Origin: an uncultured Gemmatimonadaceae bacterium
GTDB taxonomy: Bacteria > Gemmatimonadota > Gemmatimonadetes > Gemmatimonadales > Gemmatimonadaceae
NCBI GenBank assembly: GCA_963716745.1
Contig: OY970320.1
Coordinates: forward strand, 2,784,001-2,848,000
DNA: 64,000 bases
Direction of reading: 5' to 3'
Shown here: positions 52,717 to 61,974 of the stretch, piece after piece
Numbering within the stretch: position 1 is the stretch's first letter
Layout: each line of letters opens with the position of its first letter
Program-made: the position numbers and the translations under genes
Notes under the pieces: generated by a model
Databases searched by the model: none
Seen by the model: the letters and a program-made list of their open reading frames with translations, nothing else
What the model was told of the DNA's origin: nothing

Positions 52717-53515
52717 GGAGCAGCGAGCGCGCTGTCGGTGAGAGGCGCAGGGTCTGCGGTTCACGGATCTTCGAGCTCAGTTCCACCGCCACGGAATCGC
52801 GCCACGCGGGAATGGCGGCGAGCGTGGACGTGAAACGCGCATACGCGGATTCATTCGCGAATCGTGTGAACCACACGAACACATGCGCGCCTTCGCGCAC
52901 CGGCAGCCGCGGAAAATTATTGGCGCTCCGCTCGGGCACGAACGTCGCGAGCACCGGTGCGCCGGCCTGCGCGAGCAGCGGCGTCACGCGTACGATCGAA
53001 GAACGCGATGAACTCGGCTTCCTTCGCGTCGGTGGGATCGATGTGATAGATCGTTGCCACGATGATCCCGTGCCCGGCGCCGGTGGTGCCGCGCGGGGGA
53101 CGATCGCGTGTATCGAGCGTGAACCCCGTTCCGGCGTGCGCGGGGCGGAGCAGGAGCACGTTGTCGTTGTCGATGATCGTCAGGTTCGCCGAGTCGCGTT
53201 TGGACTTCCAGACCGCACCATCGTAGAACGCAGTGAGCGCCGCGGCGCGCGAGGGCATGTCCGGAAAGCCGCGGAGCCACACGAACTTGTTCGGGTCGTC
53301 CAGATTCCGGAATTCGCCGATGATCGTGGCGCCGGCCGCTTCCTGTGGCTCGATGAACGCTCCGTCGAACAGCGCGATGAGCACATCGCGCTTGCCGGGA
53401 TGCAGCGTGTATTGTCGCAGCTCGACGATCGGCGAGAATGCCGGTAGCTGATGTCTGCTGCGCGGCCGACCGCGATCCGCCCAGCGATCCCGCAAGTGGC
53501 AAGCGAGGCCAACAT
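52709..53515 (-). CDS. NIPSNAP family protein, frameshifted
   Basis: IVELRQYTLHPGKRD, FVWLRGF.DM, FYDG.VWK, NNFPRLPVREG, LRLSPTARS. Confidence 0.85.
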
Positions 53516-53543
53516 CGCCGCACTTCGCCGCGCGCCGGGAGCC

Positions 53544-54138
53544 TCACATGCCTCCCGTGGCGGCGCGCTTCGACTCGATGATCCAGTTGGTCTCCCACGT
53601 CTTCCCTTCGTCGGTGGAGAAGGCCTGCTCCCAGTGACAGCTGTTCTTGGTGATCTGCGACCAGAATGAAGCGCACCAGGATCGTCTTGCCCTCGAACTG
53701 CTGGTGCCCTTCATGGTGCCGACGCCGTTCACGAACGAGCCGACCACCGGCGGGTCCATCTCGCCCTTGGTGTTCACCCAATAGAGGCTCCAGAGGTGCG
53801 TCTCCTTGTCGTAGACGCGCACGGTCATGCCGTGCCAGTCGGGGCCGAAGAAGGTCGTGACGAACTCATCGTAGTTGGCCATGCCGCCCATGAGTGACAC
53901 CGCGTAATGCGTGGACTCGAACTCCTGCCATTCGTGTGAGTTGGCCAAGCGCTTGACCAGGCGCTTGTTGTGATTGTTCCAGTCGCCGATCCAGAAATCG
54001 AAATCGTGGGATCCGTCGCGCGGCTCGGCGGCCGCATTCCGGGCTGCGTGCGAGTGCACGGTGTGGCTGGCGCGCGAACGCGCTGAGCGCGACGGCGCCG
54101 GCCACGGCTGCCAGGGAAGTCCAGAGTCGCATGCGCAT
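53544..54138 (-). CDS. Secreted DUF1579-like protein, frameshifted
   Basis: RDGSHDFDFWIGDW, WEQAFSTDEGKTWETNW; paralog of 52189..52716. Confidence 0.75.
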
Positions 54139-54198
54139 CGAACTGCTCCGGGGAGATCGGGAGCCGCATAGTCGCAGGCGGGCGGTACGCTCGCGAGT

Positions 54199-54230
54199 GC
54201 CACTTATCGCAAGACTGTGATAGCCACTTA
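54199..54230. promoter_or_regulatory. Direct repeat GCCACTTA-N16-GCCACTTA, candidate MocR operator
   Basis: Two exact 8-mers in the divergent intergenic region beside the MocR-family gene. Confidence 0.5.
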
Positions 54231-54321
54231 AGTTAGAGAAACGGCTGGCGCCAGGAGGAGCCGCCCCACATCATCACTCCGAAGCGGTCCGCCCCCTGTC
54301 ACGCTCCCAACCGATCGGTCA

Positions 54322-55812
54322 ATGACCACTCCGCGGGTCCGCCGCCGCGCGAAGAGCACGACGAGCCCCGACATCCTCGCGCACCTCCCCCTCCGGCGAG
54401 GCGCCAAGCTCCCGCTCCATCGACAGATCTACGACGGCATTCGACGCGCCATCCTCGACGGATCGCTGCGCCCGGGCCAGCGGCTGCCGTCCACGCGCAC
54501 GCTCGCGGTGGAACTGCACGTCTCACGGCTGCCCGTGCTCACGGCGTACGAGCAATTGCTCCACGAGGGCTACCTCGAGGGCCGCGTGGGGTCCGGCACC
54601 TTCGTGAGCGAGGCAATGCCGGAGGATGCGATGCACGCCGTGCCGCGCACGCGCGCGGAGACGCTGGCCGCGAAGCGGCGCGCCCCGCGCGCGGCACTGC
54701 CCGTGCGCGATGAGGGCGGACTCCGCCCATTTCGCATGAGCCTCCCCGCGCTCGACCACTTCCCGCACGCGCTCTGGGCGCGCCTCGTCGCGCGGCATGC
54801 GCGCGCGATGACGCCCATGCAAATGGCGTATGGGAACCCGGCCGGACTGGACGCACTGCGCACCGCGGTCGCCGCGCACCTGCGCACGTCGCGCGCCGTG
54901 CGCTGCGAGGCGGACCAAGTGCTCATCGTCTCCGGATCGCAGGCCGCGCTGCGCATCTGCGCCACGGTGCTGCTCGGGCCGGGCGACCGGATCGCGATCG
55001 AGGAACCGGGCTACGAGGGCGCGCAGTGGGCGCTCGTCGCGAGCGGCGCACATCTGGCACCGGTGGGCGTGGACGCAGAGGGGATGGATGTGGATGAGCT
55101 CAATGCACTCGGCGCACGCACGCGGGCCGCCTACGTCACGCCGTCGCATCAGTATCCCATGGGCGCGTCAATGTCGGTCGCGCGGCGGCTCGCGCTGCTC
55201 GAGTGGGCCGAGCGGCGCGGCGCGTGGCTCATCGAAGATGACTACGACAGCGAGTACCGCTACGTGAGCCGCCCGCTCGCGGCGCTGCAGGGAATGGACA
55301 CGCGCGGCCGCGTGGTGTACGTCGGCACGTTCAGCAAGGTGCTCTTCCCGGCGCTGCGCGTGGGATATCTCGTGGTGCCGCCCGCGCTCTGGGACGATTT
55401 CGTGGCCGCGCGCGAGGCGCTCGACATTTTCTCGCCAACGCTCTACCAGTTGGCGCTCGCGGAATTCCTACGTGACGGGCACTTCGCGCGCCACCTCCGC
55501 CGTTCGCGAACACTGTATCTGGGCCGCCGCAACGCGCTGCTCGCCGGCGTGGCCCGGCATTGCGAGGGACTCCTCACCGTGCACAACGCGGACGCAGGAT
55601 TGCATGTGTCCACGCTGCTGCCCTCGGGGGTGAACGACGTCGCCGTGGTGCGGCGCATGCGCGAGCGCGGACTGACCGCGACCGCGCTCTCCACGCGCTA
55701 TGTGGGCGCGCACCGGCGCAGCGGACTGCTGCTGGGATTCGGCGGATGGAGCGAACGCCGGATCGCGGAGGCGACCGCCGTCCTCGGTGAGGTCCTGCGC
55801 GAGTTCGCATAA
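54322..55812 (+). CDS. MocR/GabR family regulator (GntR wHTH plus PLP aminotransferase-like domain)
   Basis: LPSTRTLA..L.VSR..V..AYEQL, TPSHQYP.G, IEDDYDSEYRY, GTFSKVLFPALR.GY. Confidence 0.95.
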   Translation: MTTPRVRRRAKSTTSPDILAHLPLRRGAKLPLHRQIYDGIRRAILDGSLRPGQRLPSTRTLAVELHVSRLPVLTAYEQLLHEGYLEGRVGSGTFVSEAMPEDAMHAVPRTRAETLAAKRRAPRAALPVRDEGGLRPFRMSLPALDHFPHALWARLVARHARAMTPMQMAYGNPAGLDALRTAVAAHLRTSRAVRCEADQVLIVSGSQAALRICATVLLGPGDRIAIEEPGYEGAQWALVASGAHLAPVGVDAEGMDVDELNALGARTRAAYVTPSHQYPMGASMSVARRLALLEWAERRGAWLIEDDYDSEYRYVSRPLAALQGMDTRGRVVYVGTFSKVLFPALRVGYLVVPPALWDDFVAAREALDIFSPTLYQLALAEFLRDGHFARHLRRSRTLYLGRRNALLAGVARHCEGLLTVHNADAGLHVSTLLPSGVNDVAVVRRMRERGLTATALSTRYVGAHRRSGLLLGFGGWSERRIAEATAVLGEVLREFA

Positions 55813-55883
55813 CGGCGCGCCGCAGTTCGAGTCAGACGCACGCGTCTCCGCGGAGGCTCCGCGGACTCACGTCGTCAGCTGTC

Positions 55884-55917
55884 TTGACAATGCATAAGTC
55901 ATCACTTATACATTGTC
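55884..55917 (+). promoter_or_regulatory. Sigma-70 promoter overlapped by a probable ArsR operator palindrome
   Basis: TTGACA at 55884; GACAATGCATAAGT-catc-ACTTATACATTGTC (14-bp arms, 1 mismatch) ending 2 nt before the ATG. Confidence 0.75.
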
Positions 55918-55919
55918 GC

Positions 55920-56237
55920 ATGCGACGCGAAGACACGCTCTTCCGCGCCCTGGCCGATCCCAGCCGGCGGCGCATCCTCGAACGGCTCACCCGCGGCGAG
56001 GCGGCGGTGAAGGACCTCACCGCGCGATTCGACATCTCGCAGCCGGCCGTCTCCCAGCACCTGGCCGCTCTGCGCAAGGCCGGCCTCGTGCGGGAGAGAC
56101 GCGCCGGCCGCCTCGTGTACTACCGCGTCGAGCCCAAGGGTCTTCGCCCGTTGGTTGATTGGCTCTCCCACTACGAGGCGTTCTGGCACGACCGCCTCGG
56201 CAAACTCCAGGCCCTGCTCAAGGAGATGGACGCATGA
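55920..56237 (+). CDS. ArsR/SmtB family transcriptional regulator
   Basis: FRALADPSRRRIL..L, ISQPAVSQHL..LR.AGLV. Confidence 0.93.
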   Translation: MRREDTLFRALADPSRRRILERLTRGEAAVKDLTARFDISQPAVSQHLAALRKAGLVRERRAGRLVYYRVEPKGLRPLVDWLSHYEAFWHDRLGKLQALLKEMDA

Positions 56238-56677
56238 CCGCGACATCGAAGACGAATACCAAGTCGGTCACGATGGAGTACGACCTGCCGCACGCGCCTG
56301 CCAAAGTCTGGCGCGCGCTCACGGATCCCGAGCTGGTCTCGAAATGGCTGATGAAGTCGGACATGACGTCGAACGTCGGCGCCAAGTTCACCTTCACCGC
56401 CAAGCCCATGGGCTCATGGGATGGAACAGTCCGCTGCGAGATCCTGGAATCGGTGCCGAACAAGAAGCTCAGCTACACGTGGCAGAGCGGACCGCCCGAG
56501 AACATGGTGGACACCGTCGTCACGTGGACGCTCACGCCCACTCCGGACGGCGGCACGAAGCTCTCGATCGTGCACTCCGGCTTCCAGCCCAAGGACAGCG
56601 ATACGTACGACGCGGTGAACGGCGGCTGGAGGGGGAACATCGATTCGAAGCTCCGCGCCGTGCTCGCGGCATTGTAG
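56234..56677 (+). CDS. SRPBCC/AHSA1 domain protein
   Basis: KVWRALTDPEL..WLM, LSYTW, TVVTWTL, HSGF, GGW. Confidence 0.9.
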   Translation: MTATSKTNTKSVTMEYDLPHAPAKVWRALTDPELVSKWLMKSDMTSNVGAKFTFTAKPMGSWDGTVRCEILESVPNKKLSYTWQSGPPENMVDTVVTWTLTPTPDGGTKLSIVHSGFQPKDSDTYDAVNGGWRGNIDSKLRAVLAAL

Positions 56678-56756
56678 TCCCGCCGCAGCCGGATAACATT
56701 GAGTCTCCGGGCGTGCGCACCCCGCGCCGCCCGGAGCACTCAATGGAGCGCGTGCC

Positions 56757-57026
56757 ATGTGCCGGAACATCAAGACGCTCTACAATTTCGATCCGCCGGT
56801 CACGGACGATGAGATCCGCGCCGCTTCGGTGCAGTTCGTTCGCAAGGTGAGCGGATTCAACACGCCGTCGAAAGCGAATGAGGCGGCGTTCGCGGCGGCG
56901 GTCGAGGAGATCGCGGTGATCTCGCGCACGCTGCTCGACTCGCTCCGCACCAACGCGCCGCCACGGAATCGCGAAGAGGAAGCGGCGAAGGCGCGTGCCC
57001 GCGCCGCCGAGCGATTCGCGAATTGA
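56757..57026 (+). CDS. DUF2277 family protein
   Basis: MCRNIKTLYNFDPP.T.DEIRAAS.QFVRKVSG. Confidence 0.88.
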   Translation: MCRNIKTLYNFDPPVTDDEIRAASVQFVRKVSGFNTPSKANEAAFAAAVEEIAVISRTLLDSLRTNAPPRNREEEAAKARARAAERFAN

Positions 57027-57826
57027 TCGTCGCACTCGCGTCGCCTAGGCCAGCCACATCGCTCGAGGACGGCCTGGAGAAGATCGAGCGCGCGATCGCC
57101 GAAGCGGCGTCGCGCGGCGCGCGCATCGTTTGCTTTCCCGAGGCGTACTTGCCGGGGCTTCGCGGGCAGGACTTCGACGTGATCCCGTGGGATGCCGCGA
57201 CGCAGGATCGCGTGCTCGGCGACGCCGCGCAATTGTCGCGCGAACATCACATCGCGGTGATCCTCGGACTCGAGTGGATCACACCGGCCGGCCGTCAGAT
57301 CGCCGCCGCGGTGATCGACGCTCGGGGCGAGCAACTCGGCGCGCAACTCAAGACGCAACTCGATCCGAGCGAGGATCGCTTCTATGTGCCCGGCGATTCG
57401 CGCATGATGTTCGAGATCGAGGGGCTCAAGTTCGGCATCGCGATCTGTCACGAGGGGTGGCGCTATCCCGAGACCGTGCGGTGGGCCGCAATGCGCGGTG
57501 CGCAGATCGTCTTCCACCCGCAGCTCACCGGCAACGAGCGATCGGGCGCGCGGCTCACGACGTGGGGGTCTAGCGAGGCGCCGTACTACGAGCGCGCGAT
57601 GATGATGCGCAGCGTCGAGAACTCGATCTATTTTGCGAGCGTGAATTATGCGGTGCGATACCAGGAGGCGGCGACGAGCATCATTGCGCCGAACGGAGAA
57701 TGCGTCGCACATCTGCCGTACAACGAACCGGGCGTGCTCGTGTACGACCTCGATCTCGCCGCTGCCACCGGCATCCTCGCGAAGCGCTACGCGCCTGAAC
57801 GCTACCGAGTGGAGGTGCAGCAATGA
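57023..57826 (+). CDS. Carbon-nitrogen hydrolase (nitrilase superfamily)
   Basis: Catalytic E-K-C triad contexts: CFPE, QLKTQL, ICHEGWRYPE. Confidence 0.9.
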   Translation: MIVALASPRPATSLEDGLEKIERAIAEAASRGARIVCFPEAYLPGLRGQDFDVIPWDAATQDRVLGDAAQLSREHHIAVILGLEWITPAGRQIAAAVIDARGEQLGAQLKTQLDPSEDRFYVPGDSRMMFEIEGLKFGIAICHEGWRYPETVRWAAMRGAQIVFHPQLTGNERSGARLTTWGSSEAPYYERAMMMRSVENSIYFASVNYAVRYQEAATSIIAPNGECVAHLPYNEPGVLVYDLDLAAATGILAKRYAPERYRVEVQQ

Positions 57827-58221
57827 GGATGGGCCCAGCCGCGAAGGACATCGACGAGTATATCGCGCGTTTCCCGATCGACGTGCAGCCCGTTTTGAAG
57901 AAAGTGCGCGCGACGGTCAAGAAGGCTGCGCCCGGAGCGGAGGAGGGGATCAGCTACGGAATGCCCGTGTTCAAGCAGCACGGGAGTCTCGTGTACTTCG
58001 GCGGCTTCAAGCATCACATCGGATTCTTCCCTACGAGCAAACCCATCCAAGCGTTCAAGAAGGAACTCGCGGGCTACGAGACCTCAAAGGGCACGGTGCG
58101 GTTCCCGCTCGACGCACCTGTCCCGTACGCGCTCATCACGCGCATCGTGAAGTTCCGGGTGAAGGACGCGAAGGCGAAGGCGAAGCGCGCTAGTGCCAAG
58201 GCGGCCCGGTATAGCCCTTGA
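57823..58221 (+). CDS. DUF1801 (YdhG-like) protein
   Basis: IDEYIA.FP, ISYGMP, HIGFFP, SKGTVRFPLD.P.P..LI.RIVKFR. Confidence 0.88.
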   Translation: MRMGPAAKDIDEYIARFPIDVQPVLKKVRATVKKAAPGAEEGISYGMPVFKQHGSLVYFGGFKHHIGFFPTSKPIQAFKKELAGYETSKGTVRFPLDAPVPYALITRIVKFRVKDAKAKAKRASAKAARYSP

Positions 58222-60949
58222 AGCAGGAGACCTGCGGCGGTTTGAGTTGGCACACGCCGCCGGTCACGGTGATCCGGTTGGCGAAGGCGAGCGCGGCGGT
58301 CTCGTCGAATCCGTTGTCGAGCACGAAGAAGAACTCCTGCACCACGCTGCTCGACGAGATGCCGCTCAGGTCGGAGAGTTGAGGATCCTCGCCGATCGTG
58401 AGGCTCTGTCCCGAGAGCGTGCCGAGGTTCACGGTGGTGAGCGACGGATTCCCCGAGAAATCCAGCGTCGTCGAGAACGTCGCACCGTTCATGTCGATCG
58501 CCGTGAGCGCGCTCATCTGGCCGATCTCGATGCTCGTCGCGGTCACATGACCTACCTGCACATGAGTCAGCTTCGTTCCGCCGATCGTGAAGCCGTTCGA
58601 CGGACCGTTCACGTCGCCAAGCCGTGAGAGCGTCGTGAGGTCGGGCGTATTGATGAACACGAACTGCAACGGCAATCCGGCCGGCAGATTCACCGCGGTG
58701 AGTCCCGTTGCCGAGGCGATGTTCAGATTCTGCAGGCTCGTGAGACCGCTCAACGACACGGTGCCCGGCGCGGCCCACGCGCCGAACCCCGATCCGATCT
58801 GCAGCGTGGTCACGACGGTCAGGCAGGGGAGATCCACGCTGCCCACCACGCCTTCGAGATCGAGAGCGCCATTGATCTGCCCCACATCGGCGATCGCGGC
58901 GAGCCCCAATGCGCTCGCGACGAGCACATCGCCGTTCACCACGCGCCCGCATCCGCTCGCGACATGGAGCGTGAACGCCTTGTCCGCCGTCTGCGTTCCA
59001 CTCGTCACGCGAAAGGTGACTGGCGCATCGCCCGCCACCGTCGGCGTGCCGCTCAGCACGCCGTTCGCTCCATTGAGCATGATGCCGTTCGGCAGCGCGC
59101 CCATCACGAGCTGCCAGGCATAGGTGCCCGTGCCGGCGGTCGCCTTGAGCGTATCGGCGTATGCCACTCCCGTCGTGCCGTCTCTCAGCGCGACATTCGT
59201 GATGACCGGCACACTCGTGCCGCGGAATTTCACCACGACATGCGCCAGCACCGCGTTGCCGGAGACGAGTCCCAGATACTGCGCGCCGCAGCCATCCCCA
59301 TTCCGCTTGAGCGAGACATCCATGTCCACATCACCGTCCAGCGTGATCGACGCCGCGGCGCGCAACTGCGCCAGCGTCCGCTCCACCGGCGGCGACAAGT
59401 ACGCTCCCGCACCGTTCGGCGAGAGCATCGACTCTACGCCGTTCTCGGCTCGCAGCGCGATCGTCTCGGCACTCGGCGCGCCATCGGGGCAGCGCATCGC
59501 GTTCAGGCGCTGGCTGAGCACGAGCTTCCCGTTCGTCGTCGCGATCGTCGCGGACGCGAGCGTGTCGAACTGCACGGGCGACACGCCGCCCAGCGTTCCC
59601 TGCGCGAGCGTGGCGCCGATGCTGTCGTCGATCTCCCAGTGGAAGCGCGCGGTGCACAGATGCGCGTCGCGGGTAAGGTCGATCAGCGAGAACGTCGAGA
59701 GCGCATCGCCGCCGGTCTGCTCGAACACGAGCAGGCGCTGCATGATCGTGCCGGTGCCATCGCTCGTGCAGAGCGCGTATGCGCCGTTCCGCATCTGGTT
59801 CACCACGGCCTGTCCGCTGCTCTCGAGACGCGATTCCGTGGCGTCCAACCCGCCGTACGCCTTGAAGAACGCGTCGAGGTCCACGACACCGCGCGCGATC
59901 CCGATCAGTGAGTCGACGCCCACAGTGCTCGTGGAATCGAAGGCCGCCCGGCGCCGCTGCACGCCGGCGAGCACCTCGGTGGTCTCGCTGTCGAGCGCGG
60001 CGTCGACGCTCGCATGCAGATCGGGATCGTTCGCGCACGGGCCGTCCGCGGCGACCGGCAGCATCTCGGCGCCAATGCGCTGCCAGTCGGCGAGGAGATG
60101 CACGTTGCCTACCAGTTGTTCGGCATCGTCGTACACCGGCGCGCGGAGCACGCCGATCACGAGATCGAAGCGGTTGCACACGTTGTCGTGCCACGCGAGC
60201 GCCAGCGTATGTGCGGGCTCATCGGTCACCGGCTGTACGAGCAGCAGCGATTGCATCGACGCGAGCGCACCATCGCCGGCCGCGGGACTTGCATCGACGC
60301 GGACGCGGTCCACGGCGGCCTGCGCTGCCGCGACGACTGCCGCAAAGGTGGTCGTGAAACCTAGGATCTGCGTGACCTGCGAATCGGTGGGGATCGCAGA
60401 GAACCCCGCGCCGCGTCGTACTGATGGATGCGATACGCGGATCCTGCCGGATGCGGCTCCCGGCAGCCGCACCACGTTCGCTCTCACGGCGGCCGGCGCG
60501 ACGAACCCGAGCCATCGCGTGGTCGTGCTGAGACGGCAATGCGCGGCATCGTGCACGGTCGGGAGAAAAGCCGGCGCCGTTGACGGACCGAAGGCGATGA
60601 GCGTCGAATCGGTGATGGCCGGCTCGTTCGCCGGGAGCGTGATCGTGAGCGTGACCGGCAGCGCGAATTCCAATCCCGCGGGCTTCGCTTCGACGGAGAA
60701 AAGCTGGTTCGCGCCCGCCGTCACAGGCGTGAGCGAGATCGTCACCGTGTCGGTGAGTGCTCCCGCGGGCACAACGAGCGTGATGGATCCGCTGTCGCCA
60801 AGCGTAGCGACGACTTGGCCGCCGGCCGCGCCGATCACAGCCTTTCCGGGCTGTGGCGGCATGCCTGAACCCGGCCCGGTGTTGTCCGAGCAGCCGGCAG
60901 TCACGGCGGCGGCGATCGCGGTGCGGAACAGTGTGGAGCGCATTCTCAT
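58190..60949 (-). CDS. Large multi-domain surface lipoprotein (ZU5-like, helical, putative Ig, L-domain/LRR-like)
   Basis: GGAGG RBS; lipobox TAGC; IGAAGG...LVVPAGAL...P.GL.F..PVTLTI; GALPNGI.LN...G.LSGTPT; L..L..L repeats at C-terminus. Confidence 0.78.
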   Translation of the reverse strand: MRMRSTLFRTAIAAAVTAGCSDNTGPGSGMPPQPGKAVIGAAGGQVVATLGDSGSITLVVPAGALTDTVTISLTPVTAGANQLFSVEAKPAGLEFALPVTLTITLPANEPAITDSTLIAFGPSTAPAFLPTVHDAAHCRLSTTTRWLGFVAPAAVRANVVRLPGAASGRIRVSHPSVRRGAGFSAIPTDSQVTQILGFTTTFAAVVAAAQAAVDRVRVDASPAAGDGALASMQSLLLVQPVTDEPAHTLALAWHDNVCNRFDLVIGVLRAPVYDDAEQLVGNVHLLADWQRIGAEMLPVAADGPCANDPDLHASVDAALDSETTEVLAGVQRRRAAFDSTSTVGVDSLIGIARGVVDLDAFFKAYGGLDATESRLESSGQAVVNQMRNGAYALCTSDGTGTIMQRLLVFEQTGGDALSTFSLIDLTRDAHLCTARFHWEIDDSIGATLAQGTLGGVSPVQFDTLASATIATTNGKLVLSQRLNAMRCPDGAPSAETIALRAENGVESMLSPNGAGAYLSPPVERTLAQLRAAASITLDGDVDMDVSLKRNGDGCGAQYLGLVSGNAVLAHVVVKFRGTSVPVITNVALRDGTTGVAYADTLKATAGTGTYAWQLVMGALPNGIMLNGANGVLSGTPTVAGDAPVTFRVTSGTQTADKAFTLHVASGCGRVVNGDVLVASALGLAAIADVGQINGALDLEGVVGSVDLPCLTVVTTLQIGSGFGAWAAPGTVSLSGLTSLQNLNIASATGLTAVNLPAGLPLQFVFINTPDLTTLSRLGDVNGPSNGFTIGGTKLTHVQVGHVTATSIEIGQMSALTAIDMNGATFSTTLDFSGNPSLTTVNLGTLSGQSLTIGEDPQLSDLSGISSSSVVQEFFFVLDNGFDETAALAFANRITVTGGVCQLKPPQVSCFKGYTGPPWH

Positions 60950-61036
60950 CGCCGTCACCTCCCGGCCCAAGTATAGCCCCGAATCGGAACGCGCGTTCGC
61001 CGAAACCCGGTGCGCCACGCATCGTACGGGTCATCG

Positions 61037-61972
61037 ATGAACTTCCGACCCGTGATCGCCGCCGTATTCCTCTGCGGCGCATGCGCGAACTCGAACGATT
61101 CTCCTAATGCGCCCGTGCCGATCAACACCGGCACTGGCTGGTCGGACTCGCCCTTCATCTCGCGCGACGGGCAGCGTCTCTACTTCATGTACTCGCGCTA
61201 CAACTTCGCGCCGTACATCAAGAGCGGCGGCAAGACCGCCCCCGTGCTCAGCGGTCCCGACCGTCCCGGTCTCCACCATAGCAACAATCCGTGGGATGAG
61301 TCGGACATCTACATGTCCACGAAGAATTCGAACGGAACGTGGGGCGAGCCGGTCGCACTCGGGCTCAATGGTCCGTACGGCGACGCCGGCGGTATGGAGA
61401 TCGACAACGGGAATACCTTCGTCTGGCTGCAGGGCAATGGCGTCACCGCCAACAACATCGTGATCGCCACCAAGAATTCCGACGGCAGCTGGGGCCCCGC
61501 GACGGATCCGGGTATCAACGATCACGTGCCCAACGTGGTGCAGGACAATCCATTCCTGAACCCCGGCGGCGACACGCTCGTGTGGATGTCCACGCGCGCG
61601 GGCGGACATGGAGGCAAGGATCTTTGGATGTCGGCCAAGTCTGGCGGCGTCTGGAGTTCGCCTGTGAACCTCGGCACGCCGATCAACACCACGGGCGACG
61701 AGGATCAATTCTGGCGCTCGGGCCCCGGCACCGATGCGTACTGGAACGGCCCGCAGGGGATCACGCATTGCGCGATGACCGCGCTCACCTGCACGAATGC
61801 GCCGGCCGTCGTGCCGATCCCGGGCTGCGCATACTCGGCTGAGGCGAGCATGCCGGACGACGGCCAGACGATCTACTTCGGATGCGTGGATGCCGGCATC
61901 ACGAAGATCACGATCATGTACTCGGTGAAGCAGACCGACGGCAGCTGGGGCGCCGCGATCCCAGTGGACTGA
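61037..61972 (+). CDS. PD40/TolB-like repeat lipoprotein
   Basis: Lipobox CGAC; PINT....DSPFISRDGQRLYF, STRAGG.GGKDLW, WSSPVNLGTPINT. Confidence 0.8.
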   Translation: MNFRPVIAAVFLCGACANSNDSPNAPVPINTGTGWSDSPFISRDGQRLYFMYSRYNFAPYIKSGGKTAPVLSGPDRPGLHHSNNPWDESDIYMSTKNSNGTWGEPVALGLNGPYGDAGGMEIDNGNTFVWLQGNGVTANNIVIATKNSDGSWGPATDPGINDHVPNVVQDNPFLNPGGDTLVWMSTRAGGHGGKDLWMSAKSGGVWSSPVNLGTPINTTGDEDQFWRSGPGTDAYWNGPQGITHCAMTALTCTNAPAVVPIPGCAYSAEASMPDDGQTIYFGCVDAGITKITIMYSVKQTDGSWGAAIPVD

Positions 61973-61974
61973 CT

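Noticed and set aside
59124..61040. 638-aa + strand ORF and other long antisense ORFs (e.g. 35862-38042, 24140-26005, 39836-41716)
   Set aside because: Shadow ORFs opposite well-supported genes, expected in high-GC DNA; no recognisable motifs.
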